From positions 183,230 to 247,229 of the forward strand of contig JAZNOU010000012.1 in assembly GCA_045589295.1 (NCBI GenBank): a stretch of 64,000 nt of DNA. The letters run 5' to 3'. The notes beneath the pieces were generated by a model. The model did no database searches, was not told where the DNA came from, and saw only the letters and a list, made by a program, of their open reading frames with translations. Source of the DNA: Clostridia bacterium (GTDB lineage Bacteria; Bacillota; Clostridia; RGIG6154). Both the position numbers and the translations under genes were made by a program. Positions 50,179 to 60,130 of this stretch are shown here, one piece after another. The stretch's first letter is position 1. Each line of letters opens with the position of its first letter.

Positions 50179-50656
50179 AATCTTCAATAAATGAACTTAA
50201 AGCTTCTTCTGAGTCAATGGTTAAACCTTCTGTGAGAAGCTTTTTTTCATGTTCTGACAGACTAAGACCGAATGTTTTTATAACCGCAACGGTTTTTGCA
50301 TCAAAAAGGCTTGTGACGGTAATTTTATTGTTATTTAAAACGGCAATAAAATGAGATGGACAATATCCTTTTATATTTTTCGTAAGCACTATTTTTTCGC
50401 TGTTCGATGAGGTGATGGTATAGTCTTCAAATCTTCTTAAAAGTTCATCTTCTGACGAATATGAAACTCGTTGGGATTTGTTATCAGTTACAATATGACC
50501 GCATTTTTGATAGTTTTGTGCAAGCGAAATTTGGGTTTCATATATTTTGCTACTTACATCTGTTTGTTTTTTGGGAACTTGTATAAAACGGCTTGCTATA
50601 AACAGGAAAACAATAAAAATAATTGTATTAAATAAAATAAATTTTAAGCTTTTCAT
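50168..50656 (-). CDS. BofC C-terminal-domain-like sporulation protein
   Basis: N-terminal TM segment, YQKCGH, YCPSHF, C-terminal LTEGLTIDSEEALSSFIEDFTS. Confidence 0.65.
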   Translation of the reverse strand: MKSLKFILFNTIIFIVFLFIASRFIQVPKKQTDVSSKIYETQISLAQNYQKCGHIVTDNKSQRVSYSSEDELLRRFEDYTITSSNSEKIVLTKNIKGYCPSHFIAVLNNNKITVTSLFDAKTVAVIKTFGLSLSEHEKKLLTEGLTIDSEEALSSFIEDFTS

Positions 50657-50687
50657 AAAACTCTCCAATAATCAGTACACTTTTGCT

Positions 50688-50716
50688 TATTATTCGCAAA
50701 AAAATACTATTTATAC
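50688..50716 (-). promoter_or_regulatory. sigmaF/sigmaG-like forespore promoter
   Basis: Minus strand GTATA-17 nt-AATAATA upstream of the bofC-like gene. Confidence 0.4.
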
Positions 50717-50744
50717 CACTATGTTAAATTGTGGTATAAAAATA

Positions 50745-50775
50745 TATCCCCCAAAAGCCACAGGTTTTGGGGGAT
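50745..50775 (-). terminator. nrdDG terminator
   Basis: tatcccccaaaa/ttttgggggata stem. Confidence 0.75.
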
Positions 50776-50778
50776 AAT

Positions 50779-51273
50779 TTATACATTTGCTTCAACTGCT
50801 TTATTTAGTTTTAATGATTTTTGTATGTCAATAATTCTTTGATTATGTGAGCCTTTAAATCTCAAATTAAGACCTTTTTGATTAATGTCAAATTTTCCGT
50901 CTACCAAAACATCACAAAGTTCTAAAAGTTTTAATTTTTCAGGGAATTTTATAAGCTGTTCAAAGGTGTAACCGCTATATACCCAAATGGTTTTGCCTTT
51001 TGCTTTCAGCATTTTTGCCAGAATTGCAAGTGCTTCCGCTTGCTCAAAAGGTTCACCGCCCGAAAAGGTGACATTTGTTATTTCGCTTTTTGTCAGGTTT
51101 TGATATGCTTCTTCAATGGTTACGTCGTGGCCGTTTGCCTTATCCCACGATTCAGGATTGTGACAACCTTCACAGTGATGGGGACAGTAATTTACAAATA
51201 ATACATCTCTAAACCCTGTTCCATCTACCGAAGAGCTGTACACATAATCCATTATTCTTATCTTATTTTGCAT
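50779..51273 (-). CDS. nrdG: Anaerobic ribonucleotide reductase activase (radical SAM)
   Basis: CPHHCEGCHN, SGGEP, LVDG, GSHNQR. Confidence 0.96.
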   Translation of the reverse strand: MQNKIRIMDYVYSSSVDGTGFRDVLFVNYCPHHCEGCHNPESWDKANGHDVTIEEAYQNLTKSEITNVTFSGGEPFEQAEALAILAKMLKAKGKTIWVYSGYTFEQLIKFPEKLKLLELCDVLVDGKFDINQKGLNLRFKGSHNQRIIDIQKSLKLNKAVEANV

Positions 51274-53473
51274 CGTGTTTTACTCTGTCTCTGAGTTCAG
51301 CCTGTTTTGCACTGTTCCAGCTTTTTACGCTTCCAACTAAGTAACCTGTAATTCTCTGGATAACGTCAACATTTTCGCTTCCGCAAACAGGACAAACTTC
51401 AAAGTCTGCATCTGAATTCTCAAATCCGCAGTCTAAACATCTGTTTCTTGTGTGGTTAACAGAACCGTAACCTAAGTTGTATTTATCCATAAGGTCTACT
51501 GTCTGCATAATGCAGTCAGGATTATGAGTAGCGTCGCCGTCGAGTTCAACGTAGAAAATGTGACCTGCGTTTTCAAGTGCATGGTATGGTGCTTCTACTT
51601 TTGCTTTGTGCTCTACGCTACATTTGTACCAAACAGGAACGTGTGATGAGTTGGTGTAGTATTCCTTATCTGTAATATTTTCAATTTCACCAAATGCTTC
51701 TCTGTCACGCTTTGTAAACTTGCCGCTTAGTCCTTCAGCAGGTGTAGCTAAAAGTGTGTAGTTTAAGTTCTTTTCATCTGCAATCTGGTCAATGCGTTTT
51801 TTCATATGGGTTATAATTTCAATACCAAGCTTTTGTGAATCTTCACTTTCACCGTGGTGTTTGCCTGTAAGTGCGATTAAGGTTTCAGCAAGACCGATAA
51901 AGCCGATTGAAAGTGTACCTGATTTTAATATGTCTTCCAATTTGTCGTTAGGACCTGCATCTTCACTGCCAAACCACATTCCGCTCATCAAAAGTGGGAA
52001 CTGTTTTTTAAGAGCAGTTCTCTGGAAGCAGTATCTGTCATAAAGCTGGTCAGCGGTAACTTCAATACATTTATCAAGCTTTTTGTAAAATGCCTGAATT
52101 CTTTCTTCTGTATCAGCAATATTCATAACTTCTAATGCAAGACGAACAATGTTGATTGTTGAGAAAGAAAGGTTACCTCTGCCGATTGAACAATTTTCAC
52201 CGAAGCGGTTGCCGTAAACTCTTGTTCTGCAACCCATTGTTGCAACTTCGTGGTTGAATCTCTTAGGATCATCTGCTTTCCATAACGGGTCTTGGTTATA
52301 TGTTGCGTCAAGGTTTAAGAAGTTAGGGAAAAATCTTCTTGCTGTAACCTTGCAAGCAAGCTGATAAAGGTCGTAGTTTCTGTCCTCAGGCAAGTAGTTT
52401 ACACCGCGTTTTTTCTTCCAAATCTGGATAGGGAAGATAGGTGTTTCGCCATTTCCTACACCTCTGTAGGTTGAGTTTAAGATTTCACGCATAATACATC
52501 TGCCTTCTGCTGATGTATCTGTACCGTAGTTGATTGATGAAAATACTACCTGGTTACCACCACGTGAATGGATTGTGTTCATATTATGGATAAATGATTC
52601 CATAGCCTGATGAACTCTGTTTACTGTCTGGTTAACTGCGTGCTGAATAAGTCTGTCTTCGCCTGTTAAACCATCAAGTGATTTTTCAAAATAGTCATCA
52701 AATTGAAGATTTTTGAGGTGTGTAAAATCTTTACCTTCGATTTTTTCAAGCTTTTCAATTTCTTCAACGTAAGTATATTTTACATAAGGTGCAAGATAGA
52801 AGTCAAAAGCAGGAATAGCCTGACCGCCATGCATTTCGTTCTGAACAGACTCCATTGAAATACAAGCAATTATTGCTGCGGTTTCAATTCTTTTTGCAGG
52901 TCTTGAAGAACCATGCCCTGCGCGGAATCCGTTTTCTAAAATCATATCAAGAGGATGCTGTAAGCAGGTGAGTGATTTTGTTGGATAGTAGTCAGCATCG
53001 TGGATATGAATATAGTTGCTTTTAATGTAATCTCTTGTCTGCTGAGAAACGAGCATATCCATAACGAACGCTTTTGATGTTTCACTTGCAAATTTCATCA
53101 TCATACCTGCAGGTGTTTCAGCATTCATATTCGCGTTTTCTTTTGTAATGTCATTTGCAATTGTATTAACAATGCCCATATACATTTCATAAGTTTTTCT
53201 GCCTCTGGCAATATTTCTCTTTTCGCGGTAGAGGATATAGTCTTTGGCAACGTTTTTGTACTGAGATTTCATAAGTTCAGCTTCAACTAAATTCTGAACC
53301 TCTTCAATTTCAATAACGTCAACATTTAAACTTTCGATTTTTTCTGCGATGGATTCTGCGCATTTAATGTCATTTACAAAGTTATGGTTCATCGCTTTGA
53401 TGATGGCATTAACGATTTTTTGCTTGTCAAAATTTTCGATTCTGCCGTCACGTTTTCTGATGTTGGTAATCAT
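51263..53473 (-). CDS. nrdD: Class III anaerobic ribonucleoside-triphosphate reductase
   Basis: ATP cone (KRDG), HIHD, MGCRT, TPAEGL, YYTNS, CxxC..CxxC, RITGYL glycyl-radical loop. Confidence 0.97.
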   Translation of the reverse strand: MITNIRKRDGRIENFDKQKIVNAIIKAMNHNFVNDIKCAESIAEKIESLNVDVIEIEEVQNLVEAELMKSQYKNVAKDYILYREKRNIARGRKTYEMYMGIVNTIANDITKENANMNAETPAGMMMKFASETSKAFVMDMLVSQQTRDYIKSNYIHIHDADYYPTKSLTCLQHPLDMILENGFRAGHGSSRPAKRIETAAIIACISMESVQNEMHGGQAIPAFDFYLAPYVKYTYVEEIEKLEKIEGKDFTHLKNLQFDDYFEKSLDGLTGEDRLIQHAVNQTVNRVHQAMESFIHNMNTIHSRGGNQVVFSSINYGTDTSAEGRCIMREILNSTYRGVGNGETPIFPIQIWKKKRGVNYLPEDRNYDLYQLACKVTARRFFPNFLNLDATYNQDPLWKADDPKRFNHEVATMGCRTRVYGNRFGENCSIGRGNLSFSTINIVRLALEVMNIADTEERIQAFYKKLDKCIEVTADQLYDRYCFQRTALKKQFPLLMSGMWFGSEDAGPNDKLEDILKSGTLSIGFIGLAETLIALTGKHHGESEDSQKLGIEIITHMKKRIDQIADEKNLNYTLLATPAEGLSGKFTKRDREAFGEIENITDKEYYTNSSHVPVWYKCSVEHKAKVEAPYHALENAGHIFYVELDGDATHNPDCIMQTVDLMDKYNLGYGSVNHTRNRCLDCGFENSDADFEVCPVCGSENVDVIQRITGYLVGSVKSWNSAKQAELRDRVKHDAK

Positions 53474-53539
53474 AAAAATAACACTCCTATCTTAATTACT
53501 GTATGTAAACACTGTGTCTGACTTGATTTGCCAAGAAAA

Positions 53540-53597
53540 ACACAATATCTTGTTGCTGTGCATAAATTATTATAGTACATATTGCGCATAAAGTCAA
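53540..53597 (-). promoter_or_regulatory. nrdD sigmaA promoter with tandem NrdR boxes
   Basis: Minus strand TTGACT (53597-53592)-17 nt-TATAAT (53574-53569); box acacaatatcttgttg at 53540-53555 and a weaker box atagtacatattgcgc at 53572-53587, 32 bp apart. Confidence 0.75.
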
Positions 53598-53695
53598 CAA
53601 CAAATTTTGCTGCAAATGACTAATTATGTGTCATAATATGTGCCAAATGGCTATACAAGGCTATTTAAAAAATGGGAATTTTTTTTTGTGGATAC

Positions 53696-53733
53696 AAAAA
53701 ACGGCTACCACTATATCTTGTGGTAGCCGTTTT
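53696..53733 (-). terminator. SDR terminator with an NrdR-box-like core
   Basis: aaaacggctaccac-tatatctt-gtggtagccgtttt, 14-bp stem. Confidence 0.8.
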
Positions 53734-53744
53734 AAAACACAATA

Positions 53745-54485
53745 TCAGCTTTTTTTCTTTTTTTGTGACCTGAAAGTGAAAAAACAAATCAGATAATCGG
53801 GTAGGATTTTTCCTGCAAGACAACCAAGTTTTACACCAAAGGTGGGAATGATTGTTTTCTTTTTCTTAAACATTTGTTTTACGGCAAGGCGGGCAACTTT
53901 TTCACTGCTTATTGCCTTTAAGCTGAATGATACCCCTGCAACAGAGTCAAAGTTTGTTGCAACAGGTCCTGGACAAAGCGTTCCTATGTAGACGTTTTTG
54001 TTTTGTTTTTTAAGTTCGTAGCTGATGCCTCTTGAAAGCTTTAAAACATAAGCCTTTGTAGCGTAGTATGTAGCCATAAAAGGTCCTGTTAAAAATGAAG
54101 CGATTGATGCGGTGTTTAAAATATACCCAAAATTCTTTTTTGCCATATCTTTAAGGTAAAGTTTAGCTAAAATATGCATTGCAGTAATGTTGGTGTCTAT
54201 CATTGAAAGTTCTTTTTCCAAATCTGTTTCAGTAAAAAATCCAACATCACCAAAGCCGGCATTGTTTATTAAAATATCCACATCTCTTACGGCGTTGTAA
54301 AGCTCAATACAGTTTTCTCTTTTTGCAAGGTCTGATACAATAATTTCGCAGTTTATTTTTCTTTTTAACTCTTCTAAACGATTGGCGTTTCGTCCCACTG
54401 CAACAATATCTATATTTTTATTACTGAGTTGTATACAAATATCATATCCTATTCCTGAAGATGCACCTGTTACTAAGGCTTTCAT
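53745..54485 (-). CDS. Short-chain dehydrogenase/reductase
   Basis: TGASSGIG, NNAGFG, YYATK. Confidence 0.93.
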   Translation of the reverse strand: MKALVTGASSGIGYDICIQLSNKNIDIVAVGRNANRLEELKRKINCEIIVSDLAKRENCIELYNAVRDVDILINNAGFGDVGFFTETDLEKELSMIDTNITAMHILAKLYLKDMAKKNFGYILNTASIASFLTGPFMATYYATKAYVLKLSRGISYELKKQNKNVYIGTLCPGPVATNFDSVAGVSFSLKAISSEKVARLAVKQMFKKKKTIIPTFGVKLGCLAGKILPDYLICFFTFRSQKKKKS

Positions 54486-54578
54486 ATTAACCAATCCTTT
54501 CTATAGAATAAGTATACACTAAGGTTGACACCTGCGTCAAGGTTTGATATACTTTTTTAAAAAGAGAGGTGTTATTGC

Positions 54579-56207
54579 TTGAAGAAAAAAATTCTTTTTG
54601 GAGTTGTTATTGTTTTTGCAGTATTATGCGTTGTGTTTTTTTTAGTGTGTGCGCAAAAGGGGTACACTCCAACATATGTTATTTCAAGAGTTTTTTCCAA
54701 ATTAGAGGCAAAACTTTCAAATAAGCAGGTAGAAATAATTACTGATAATGGGAAAGTGATAAATGAATGGACAAAGGGGTATAGTTTAAAATTGCCGCTT
54801 GATATGGAAGTTGACACCTCGGATTATCAGGAATATATTACCGCGCAAAATGATACTTTAACAGTTACTGTTACCAGAGAATGGTCACCATATGAAGATG
54901 TTTTGTGGTATATAGAAAACTATCAGAACAACTATATTCTAAATGAGCATTATCAAAATGAAAATAGCATTGAAATTTTTGAAAATGACAGCTTTTTATT
55001 TAATGGGTGTAACGCCAGATTGATAAATCTTGAAAGAAAAACTGTTAATGCTAACCATAAGAACAATTACACATATTTTTATATGCTTGCAGAAAACGCT
55101 CCCCAGGCGTTTTTCAGGATAATGGCAAAAACAAGCGATTATGAAAAAGATGGAGAGAAAATAGAAGAAATAATAAATTCTTTTAAGGAGATCTCAATAA
55201 AGGGAGAGGCGAAGAGTCTTGAAAAACATAAAAGGGTTAAAAAAGAATTTGATAAAGAAACACAAAAACTTTATGACAGCATTTTAAACACAGAGAAAAT
55301 AAAGTGGGGACTTTTTGTCGATGGTGCTTACACAAGTCAAACCGAGATGGAACATCTTTTGGACATTGAGAAAAGGACGGGAGCAAATTTTGAATTTTCG
55401 CTTTATTATGTTAATTTAGATGGTGTTTTTCCAAGCAAGGAACTTGATAAAATGTATGAAAACGGGAAAATAACCGAGCTTACATTGCAAATTTCAAATC
55501 ATTACAATTCAGACCTTTTTGGTAAAAATCCCAATTTTGATGTTTACGATGGATTGGCTGATGATAAAATAAGAAGTTTTGCAAAAGGTGCAAAAGAATT
55601 TGGCAAACCGTTTTTGTTCAGGCTAAACAACGAAATGAATTCCGATTGGGTAAATTATTCCGGAGTTGCTGCACTTTCCGATCCTGAGATTTTTAAAAGC
55701 AACTGGATTAGAATTTATGAAATATTTAAACAAGAAGGCGTAAATAACGCAATATGGATTTTTAATCCAAATAACGAGGACTGTCCCCCAAGTCACTGGA
55801 ATTCGTATTTAGCGTACTATCCGGGTGATGAATATGTTGATATGATAGGGATGACGGGGTATAACACAGGAACATATTATTTTGAAGAATTTAATGAAAC
55901 CTGGCGTACGTTTGATGAAATAAACGAAGCACAATACAAAAAACTAATGGAAAGCTTTTCTGGTTTTCCGTTTATAATAACTGAGTTTGCGTCAAGCTCG
56001 GTAGGCGGAAATAAAGAGGAGTGGATTTTGGATATGTTTAATGCTATTAAAAAATATCCGAATATAAAAATGGCACTTTGGTGGTCAAGCAGAGACTATG
56101 ATTTCAGGGATGAAACGTACACACAAGTAGCAAGACCGTATTTCTTAGATGAAACACCCAAAACTTTACAAGCCTTTAAAAAGGGAATGGAAGAGTATTC
56201 GAAATAG
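54579..56207 (+). CDS. Membrane-anchored GH26-like glycoside hydrolase (paralog of 15835-17511)
   Basis: TTG start, N-terminal TM segment, PFLFRLNNEMNSDW, YYPGDEYVD, ITEFAS. Confidence 0.85.
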   Translation: MKKKILFGVVIVFAVLCVVFFLVCAQKGYTPTYVISRVFSKLEAKLSNKQVEIITDNGKVINEWTKGYSLKLPLDMEVDTSDYQEYITAQNDTLTVTVTREWSPYEDVLWYIENYQNNYILNEHYQNENSIEIFENDSFLFNGCNARLINLERKTVNANHKNNYTYFYMLAENAPQAFFRIMAKTSDYEKDGEKIEEIINSFKEISIKGEAKSLEKHKRVKKEFDKETQKLYDSILNTEKIKWGLFVDGAYTSQTEMEHLLDIEKRTGANFEFSLYYVNLDGVFPSKELDKMYENGKITELTLQISNHYNSDLFGKNPNFDVYDGLADDKIRSFAKGAKEFGKPFLFRLNNEMNSDWVNYSGVAALSDPEIFKSNWIRIYEIFKQEGVNNAIWIFNPNNEDCPPSHWNSYLAYYPGDEYVDMIGMTGYNTGTYYFEEFNETWRTFDEINEAQYKKLMESFSGFPFIITEFASSSVGGNKEEWILDMFNAIKKYPNIKMALWWSSRDYDFRDETYTQVARPYFLDETPKTLQAFKKGMEEYSK

Positions 56208-56209
56208 AT

Positions 56210-56239
56210 AAAAGACTGTTCAAACGAACAGTCTTTTTT
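56210..56239. terminator. Bidirectional terminator
   Basis: aaaagactgttc-aaac-gaacagtctttt. Confidence 0.8.
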
Positions 56240-56240
56240 A

Positions 56241-56750
56241 TTAAAAATCTAATTTTTTCTTAAAGTCTGATTTGTCAAGAGCAAGTGCAACAATGATATA
56301 AATAGCCATGCTACCAACGGATTGAACAACATTTCCGACAATTGATGCAAGAGGCGCCATAAAGTTTTGGTAAATTACGCCCTCTGCTATGTAGTAACCG
56401 CAAACTGTAATTATAATTCCTAATGCACAAGCCATATAGTTTCTCTTGTTTAAAATTGTTGCTTTTTTGCTTGTAAAACCAATGCACAGGAGCGCCTTTA
56501 TAATAAGCGTGGGCAAGGCATATATGCTGTAGCCTGAAATTATATCACAAAGCGCACCGCCTATGCTTGCGCAAAGCATAGAGTAGCTTAAAGGCAACAG
56601 GCTTGCACATATGTATATTATTGCATCACCTACATGGATAAAACCGCCGTTTGCATTTGGCATTGGGGTGTGAAAGTATGTGGCAATCAAAATCAGCGCT
56701 GTAAACAGACCTGCTGATGTTAAATTTTTTAAAGTTTTTGAATTATTCAT
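56241..56750 (-). CDS. ECF transporter S-component-like protein (TIGR04002-like)
   Basis: GLFTALI, GFIHVGDAIIY, IGGALCD, PTLIIK, GNVVQ. Confidence 0.75.
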   Translation of the reverse strand: MNNSKTLKNLTSAGLFTALILIATYFHTPMPNANGGFIHVGDAIIYICASLLPLSYSMLCASIGGALCDIISGYSIYALPTLIIKALLCIGFTSKKATILNKRNYMACALGIIITVCGYYIAEGVIYQNFMAPLASIVGNVVQSVGSMAIYIIVALALDKSDFKKKLDF

Positions 56751-56762
56751 AAATATGCTCCT

Positions 56763-58853
56763 TTATATGCTGAAAAGTAGGTCACCATATGTTGGGAAAG
56801 GCCAGTATTCTTTTGATACTATCAGCTCTGCTTCGTCTGCATATTGTCTTAGAAGATTCATTAAAGGAATGACAATGTCCTTGCAAAGTTCGGCTTCTGT
56901 TCTTGAGCAATCAGAAGATTTTGCGTTTTTAACAGCTGTATCAAGTTTTTCACAGGTGTTATAAAGCATCTCTGCGATTGCAGAAAGATTTTCAACGCAT
57001 TTTTCCTCAACAAGTGTTGAAATCTTTTTAGAAAGGCTCTTTTTATCCAAAGCAATTGAACTTAAATCACCAGAATATCTGATAATTGCAGGAATAATGT
57101 CCTTTTTAGCCATTTCAAGCATAGTGAGGGCTTCGAGTTCAACTGTTTTTGAGTATTCGTCAAGCATAATTTCGTATCTTGAATAAAGCTCTTTCTCTGT
57201 GAAAATTTTGTACTTTGTAAATAATTCTATATTTTTCTTTTCAATAATAGTTGGAAGTGCATCAACTGTGGTTTTGAGGTTTAGAAGTCCACGTTTTTCT
57301 GCTTCAATAACCCATTCGTCTGAGTAGTTGTTGCCGTCAAAAATAATTCTTGAGTGGTTTGTTAAAGTTTCCTTGATTAATGCTTTGCGTTCAGCTTTGA
57401 AATCTTCTGCATTTTCTAAGCGGGTTGCAAATTCATTTAATACTTCGGCAACAGTTGTGTTTAACACAATGTTAGGGTCAGAAATTGAGAATGATGAGCC
57501 GAGCATACGGAACTCAAACTTGTTACCTGTAAATGCAAGAGGTGAGGTGCGGTTTCTGTCTGTTGTGTCTTTGAAGAATGTAGGTAAAACCTTTGCACCG
57601 ATTTTCATTTTGTCTGCATCTTTTCTGTCGTAAGATGTGTCATTTATTATTGAATCAATAATTTCTGAAAGTTCATCACCCAAAAACATTGAGATGATAG
57701 CCGGCGGAGCTTCGTTCCCGCCAAGACGTAAATCGTTACCAGCGCTTGAAACTGTAACTCTTAATAAGTCCTGATATTTGTCAACAGCTTTAATTACTGC
57801 AGACAATAAAAGTAAAAATTGAGCATTTTTCTCTGGTGTGTTACCGGGGTTTAAAAGGTTTTCCCCTGTGTTTGTGGAAAGTGACCAGTTGTTATGCTTA
57901 CCGCTGCCGTTAACACCAGCAAATGGTTTTTCGTGCAAAAGACATTTAAGACCATGCTTGTCTGCAATTTTTTTCATAAGCTCCATAATGAGCTGATTGT
58001 GGTCAGTTGCAATATTTGTCTGAGTAAAAATCGGTGCAAGCTCGTGCTGAGCAGGAGCTGCCTCGTTATGCTCGGTTTTGGCAAGAACTCCAAGTTTCCA
58101 GAGTTCTTTGTCAAGCTCTTTCATAAATGCCATAACTCTAGGTTTTATTGTTCCAAAATAGTGGTCATCTTTTTCCTGACCTTTGGGAGCAGGCGCACCA
58201 AAGAGGGTTCTGTCGCAGAATTTTAAGTCTTCGCGTTTTTCGTACATCTGTTTGTCAATCAAAAAGTATTCCTGTTCAGGACCAACTGTAGTTATAACTC
58301 TTGTAGCATCTGTGTTGCCAAAAAGTCTTAAAATCCTTAAGGCCTGTTTGTTGATAACCTCCATTGAACGAAGGAGCGGAGTTTTTTTGTCAAGTGATTC
58401 GCCACCGTATGAACAAAAAGCGGTTGGTATGCAAAGAGTGTCATCTTTAATAAAAGCGTAAGATGTAGGGTCCCAAGCAGTATAACCTCTTGCCTCAAAT
58501 GTAGCACGAAGTCCGCCTGACGGGAAAGAAGATGCGTCAGGTTCGCCTTTAATAAGCTCTTTTCCTGAAAAGTCCATAATAATAGAACCATTTCCGTCTG
58601 GAGTTATGAAACTGTCGTGTTTTTCGGCAGTAACACCTGTAAGAGGCTGAAACCAGTGCGTATAATGAGTAGCGCCCTTTTCAATCGCCCAGTCTTTCAT
58701 AGCCTGTGCAACTTCGTTTTTAATGTCGGTGTCTAAAGTTTTGCCGTCGTGAATTGTTCTTATAAGAGTGTTATATGTTTCCTCTTTAAGACGCGCTTTC
58801 ATCGCCTTGTCGTCAAAAACAAGTGAACCGAAAATTTCAGGGATATTGTTCAT
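56763..58853 (-). CDS. glnA: Glutamine synthetase type III (GlnN)
   Basis: [65 protein letters not shown]. Confidence 0.96.
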   Translation of the reverse strand: MNNIPEIFGSLVFDDKAMKARLKEETYNTLIRTIHDGKTLDTDIKNEVAQAMKDWAIEKGATHYTHWFQPLTGVTAEKHDSFITPDGNGSIIMDFSGKELIKGEPDASSFPSGGLRATFEARGYTAWDPTSYAFIKDDTLCIPTAFCSYGGESLDKKTPLLRSMEVINKQALRILRLFGNTDATRVITTVGPEQEYFLIDKQMYEKREDLKFCDRTLFGAPAPKGQEKDDHYFGTIKPRVMAFMKELDKELWKLGVLAKTEHNEAAPAQHELAPIFTQTNIATDHNQLIMELMKKIADKHGLKCLLHEKPFAGVNGSGKHNNWSLSTNTGENLLNPGNTPEKNAQFLLLLSAVIKAVDKYQDLLRVTVSSAGNDLRLGGNEAPPAIISMFLGDELSEIIDSIINDTSYDRKDADKMKIGAKVLPTFFKDTTDRNRTSPLAFTGNKFEFRMLGSSFSISDPNIVLNTTVAEVLNEFATRLENAEDFKAERKALIKETLTNHSRIIFDGNNYSDEWVIEAEKRGLLNLKTTVDALPTIIEKKNIELFTKYKIFTEKELYSRYEIMLDEYSKTVELEALTMLEMAKKDIIPAIIRYSGDLSSIALDKKSLSKKISTLVEEKCVENLSAIAEMLYNTCEKLDTAVKNAKSSDCSRTEAELCKDIVIPLMNLLRQYADEAELIVSKEYWPFPTYGDLLFSI

Positions 58854-58892
58854 ACAGCTTTCTCCTTAATAAAATATGTATCTAATATGCTA

Positions 58893-58921
58893 ATTATAAT
58901 GTAAAGTGCATAAAATGTCAA
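58893..58921 (-). promoter_or_regulatory. Consensus sigmaA promoter of the glutamine synthetase operon
   Basis: Minus strand TTGACA-17 nt-TATAAT. Confidence 0.8.
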
Positions 58922-59015
58922 GATTCAGCAATGTTTTAAATAAAAATATAAAAAGAAATATTTTCAAAATAATATGGACAAATAAAAAAATGTGTGATAT
59001 AATAAATTCTGTTAT

Positions 59016-59091
59016 GGGGGTGTAGCTCAGCTGGGAGAGCACCTGCCTTGCAAGCAGGGGGTCAGGAGTTCGATTCTCCTCATCTCCACCA
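59016..59091 (+). tRNA. tRNA-Ala(TGC)
   Basis: Cloverleaf, G3:U70 identity pair, anticodon loop ctTGCaa, encoded CCA. Confidence 0.97.
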
Positions 59092-59094
59092 TAC

Positions 59095-59125
59095 AAAAAA
59101 AGACACCAATTAGGTGTCTTTTTTT
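59095..59125. terminator. Bidirectional terminator between tRNA-Ala and tadA
   Basis: aaaaaaagacacc-aatta-ggtgtcttttttt. Confidence 0.85.
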
Positions 59126-59165
59126 GCATATAAGAAAGAGAATCGAACTCTAAGAGAAAAAACGA

Positions 59166-59630
59166 TTATGGACGGTCTTTTTTTCTCAAATTTTTAAAAA
59201 AATCATCTAATATATTTTTGCAATCAGTTTCCAAAATACCGCTTGTAATATCAAATGAGTGGTTTAGTATGTTTGATTTACTTAAATCGCAAAAACCACC
59301 GCAAGCACCGCTTTTGGTGTCGGGAGCGCCAAATACAACGCGAGGAATTCTTGCGTTTATAACAGCGCCTGTGCACATGGGGCATGGCTCTAAGGTAACA
59401 TAAAGTGTGCAGTCGGAAAGTCGCCAATTACCCAACTTTTTGCAAGCCTTTTCAATAGCAATCATTTCGGCATGAGCTGTTGCTATATTGCTTTTTTCAC
59501 GCTTATTATATCCCCTTGCTATAACTTTATCGTGCCTTACTATGACAGCACCGATTGGTATTTCGCCTATACTTTGCGCTTTTTTTGCCTCTTTTAAGGC
59601 TTTTCTCATAAATAAAATATCTTTTTCCAT
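59166..59630 (-). CDS. tadA: tRNA adenosine(34) deaminase
   Basis: GEIPIGAV, AHAE, WRL, TLEPCPMC, FFKNLR; start reassigned to MEKDILFM. Confidence 0.93.
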   Translation of the reverse strand: MEKDILFMRKALKEAKKAQSIGEIPIGAVIVRHDKVIARGYNKREKSNIATAHAEMIAIEKACKKLGNWRLSDCTLYVTLEPCPMCTGAVINARIPRVVFGAPDTKSGACGGFCDLSKSNILNHSFDITSGILETDCKNILDDFFKNLRKKDRP

Positions 59631-59636
59631 ACATAT

Positions 59637-59665
59637 ATTATAGGAAACAAACGGATTTTTGTCAA
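59637..59665 (-). promoter_or_regulatory. Consensus sigmaA promoter placing +1 at the tadA start codon
   Basis: TTGACA-17 nt-TATAAT-atatgt-ATG; no SD sequence. Confidence 0.75.
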
Positions 59666-59680
59666 TAAATCGGTGTTTAT

Positions 59681-59935
59681 TTAAGGATTGCACACTTTGC
59701 AGGGGGTTAGACCTAACTCTATTGCAGAAGGTTTGTCTATCGGAATTTTGCTGTAATTTAGATATTGGCAAGAACTTAAATGGTATTTTCGCCCTGTTTT
59801 GGTTTGATAAACAATTTCTTCAATAACGTTTTGTTGTTCTTGTTTGGTGGTATGTACAGCGATGTTTTGGTTAATGCAAGAAACGTTGGTTAAAACAACA
59901 ATTGTGAGCAAAAATGCAACTATGATTTTTTTCAT
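59681..59935 (-). CDS. Small exported/lipoprotein with an Ada-like zinc-binding C-terminal domain
   Basis: Signal peptide ending ...NVSC; VYQTKTGRKYHLSSCQYL...GLTPCKVC. Confidence 0.75.
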   Translation of the reverse strand: MKKIIVAFLLTIVVLTNVSCINQNIAVHTTKQEQQNVIEEIVYQTKTGRKYHLSSCQYLNYSKIPIDKPSAIELGLTPCKVCNP

Positions 59936-59952
59936 AAAACCACCTCAAAATT

Positions 59953-60130
59953 AAAAAATGCGCAACTCCGAAAACAGAGTTACGCACAAAAAACGTATCA
60001 ACTCAAGTTTCGAAGTCGCAACAACTCTCCAAAATGGTTTCAGCCAAAGTGGTATGAAAACAAGAGTGTACGCTTTTTACAATAGCGTACCCACTTTGTG
60101 CTGAAATATTTAATTGAAGAATTGTTGCAC
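59953..60130 (-). ncRNA. Putative ~180-nt 6S-like rod-shaped ncRNA
   Basis: Own promoter (TTGTAT-17 nt-TATACT with TGn extension, 60163-60135) and terminator (59953-59986); long closing stem, internal bubble, second stem and apical hairpin; G-U wobbles form only on the minus strand. Confidence 0.7.

Noticed and set aside
59631-59771. N-terminal extension of tadA in the ORF track
   Set aside because: It overlaps the upstream gene and the tadA promoter; TadA-like sequence begins at MEKDILF.
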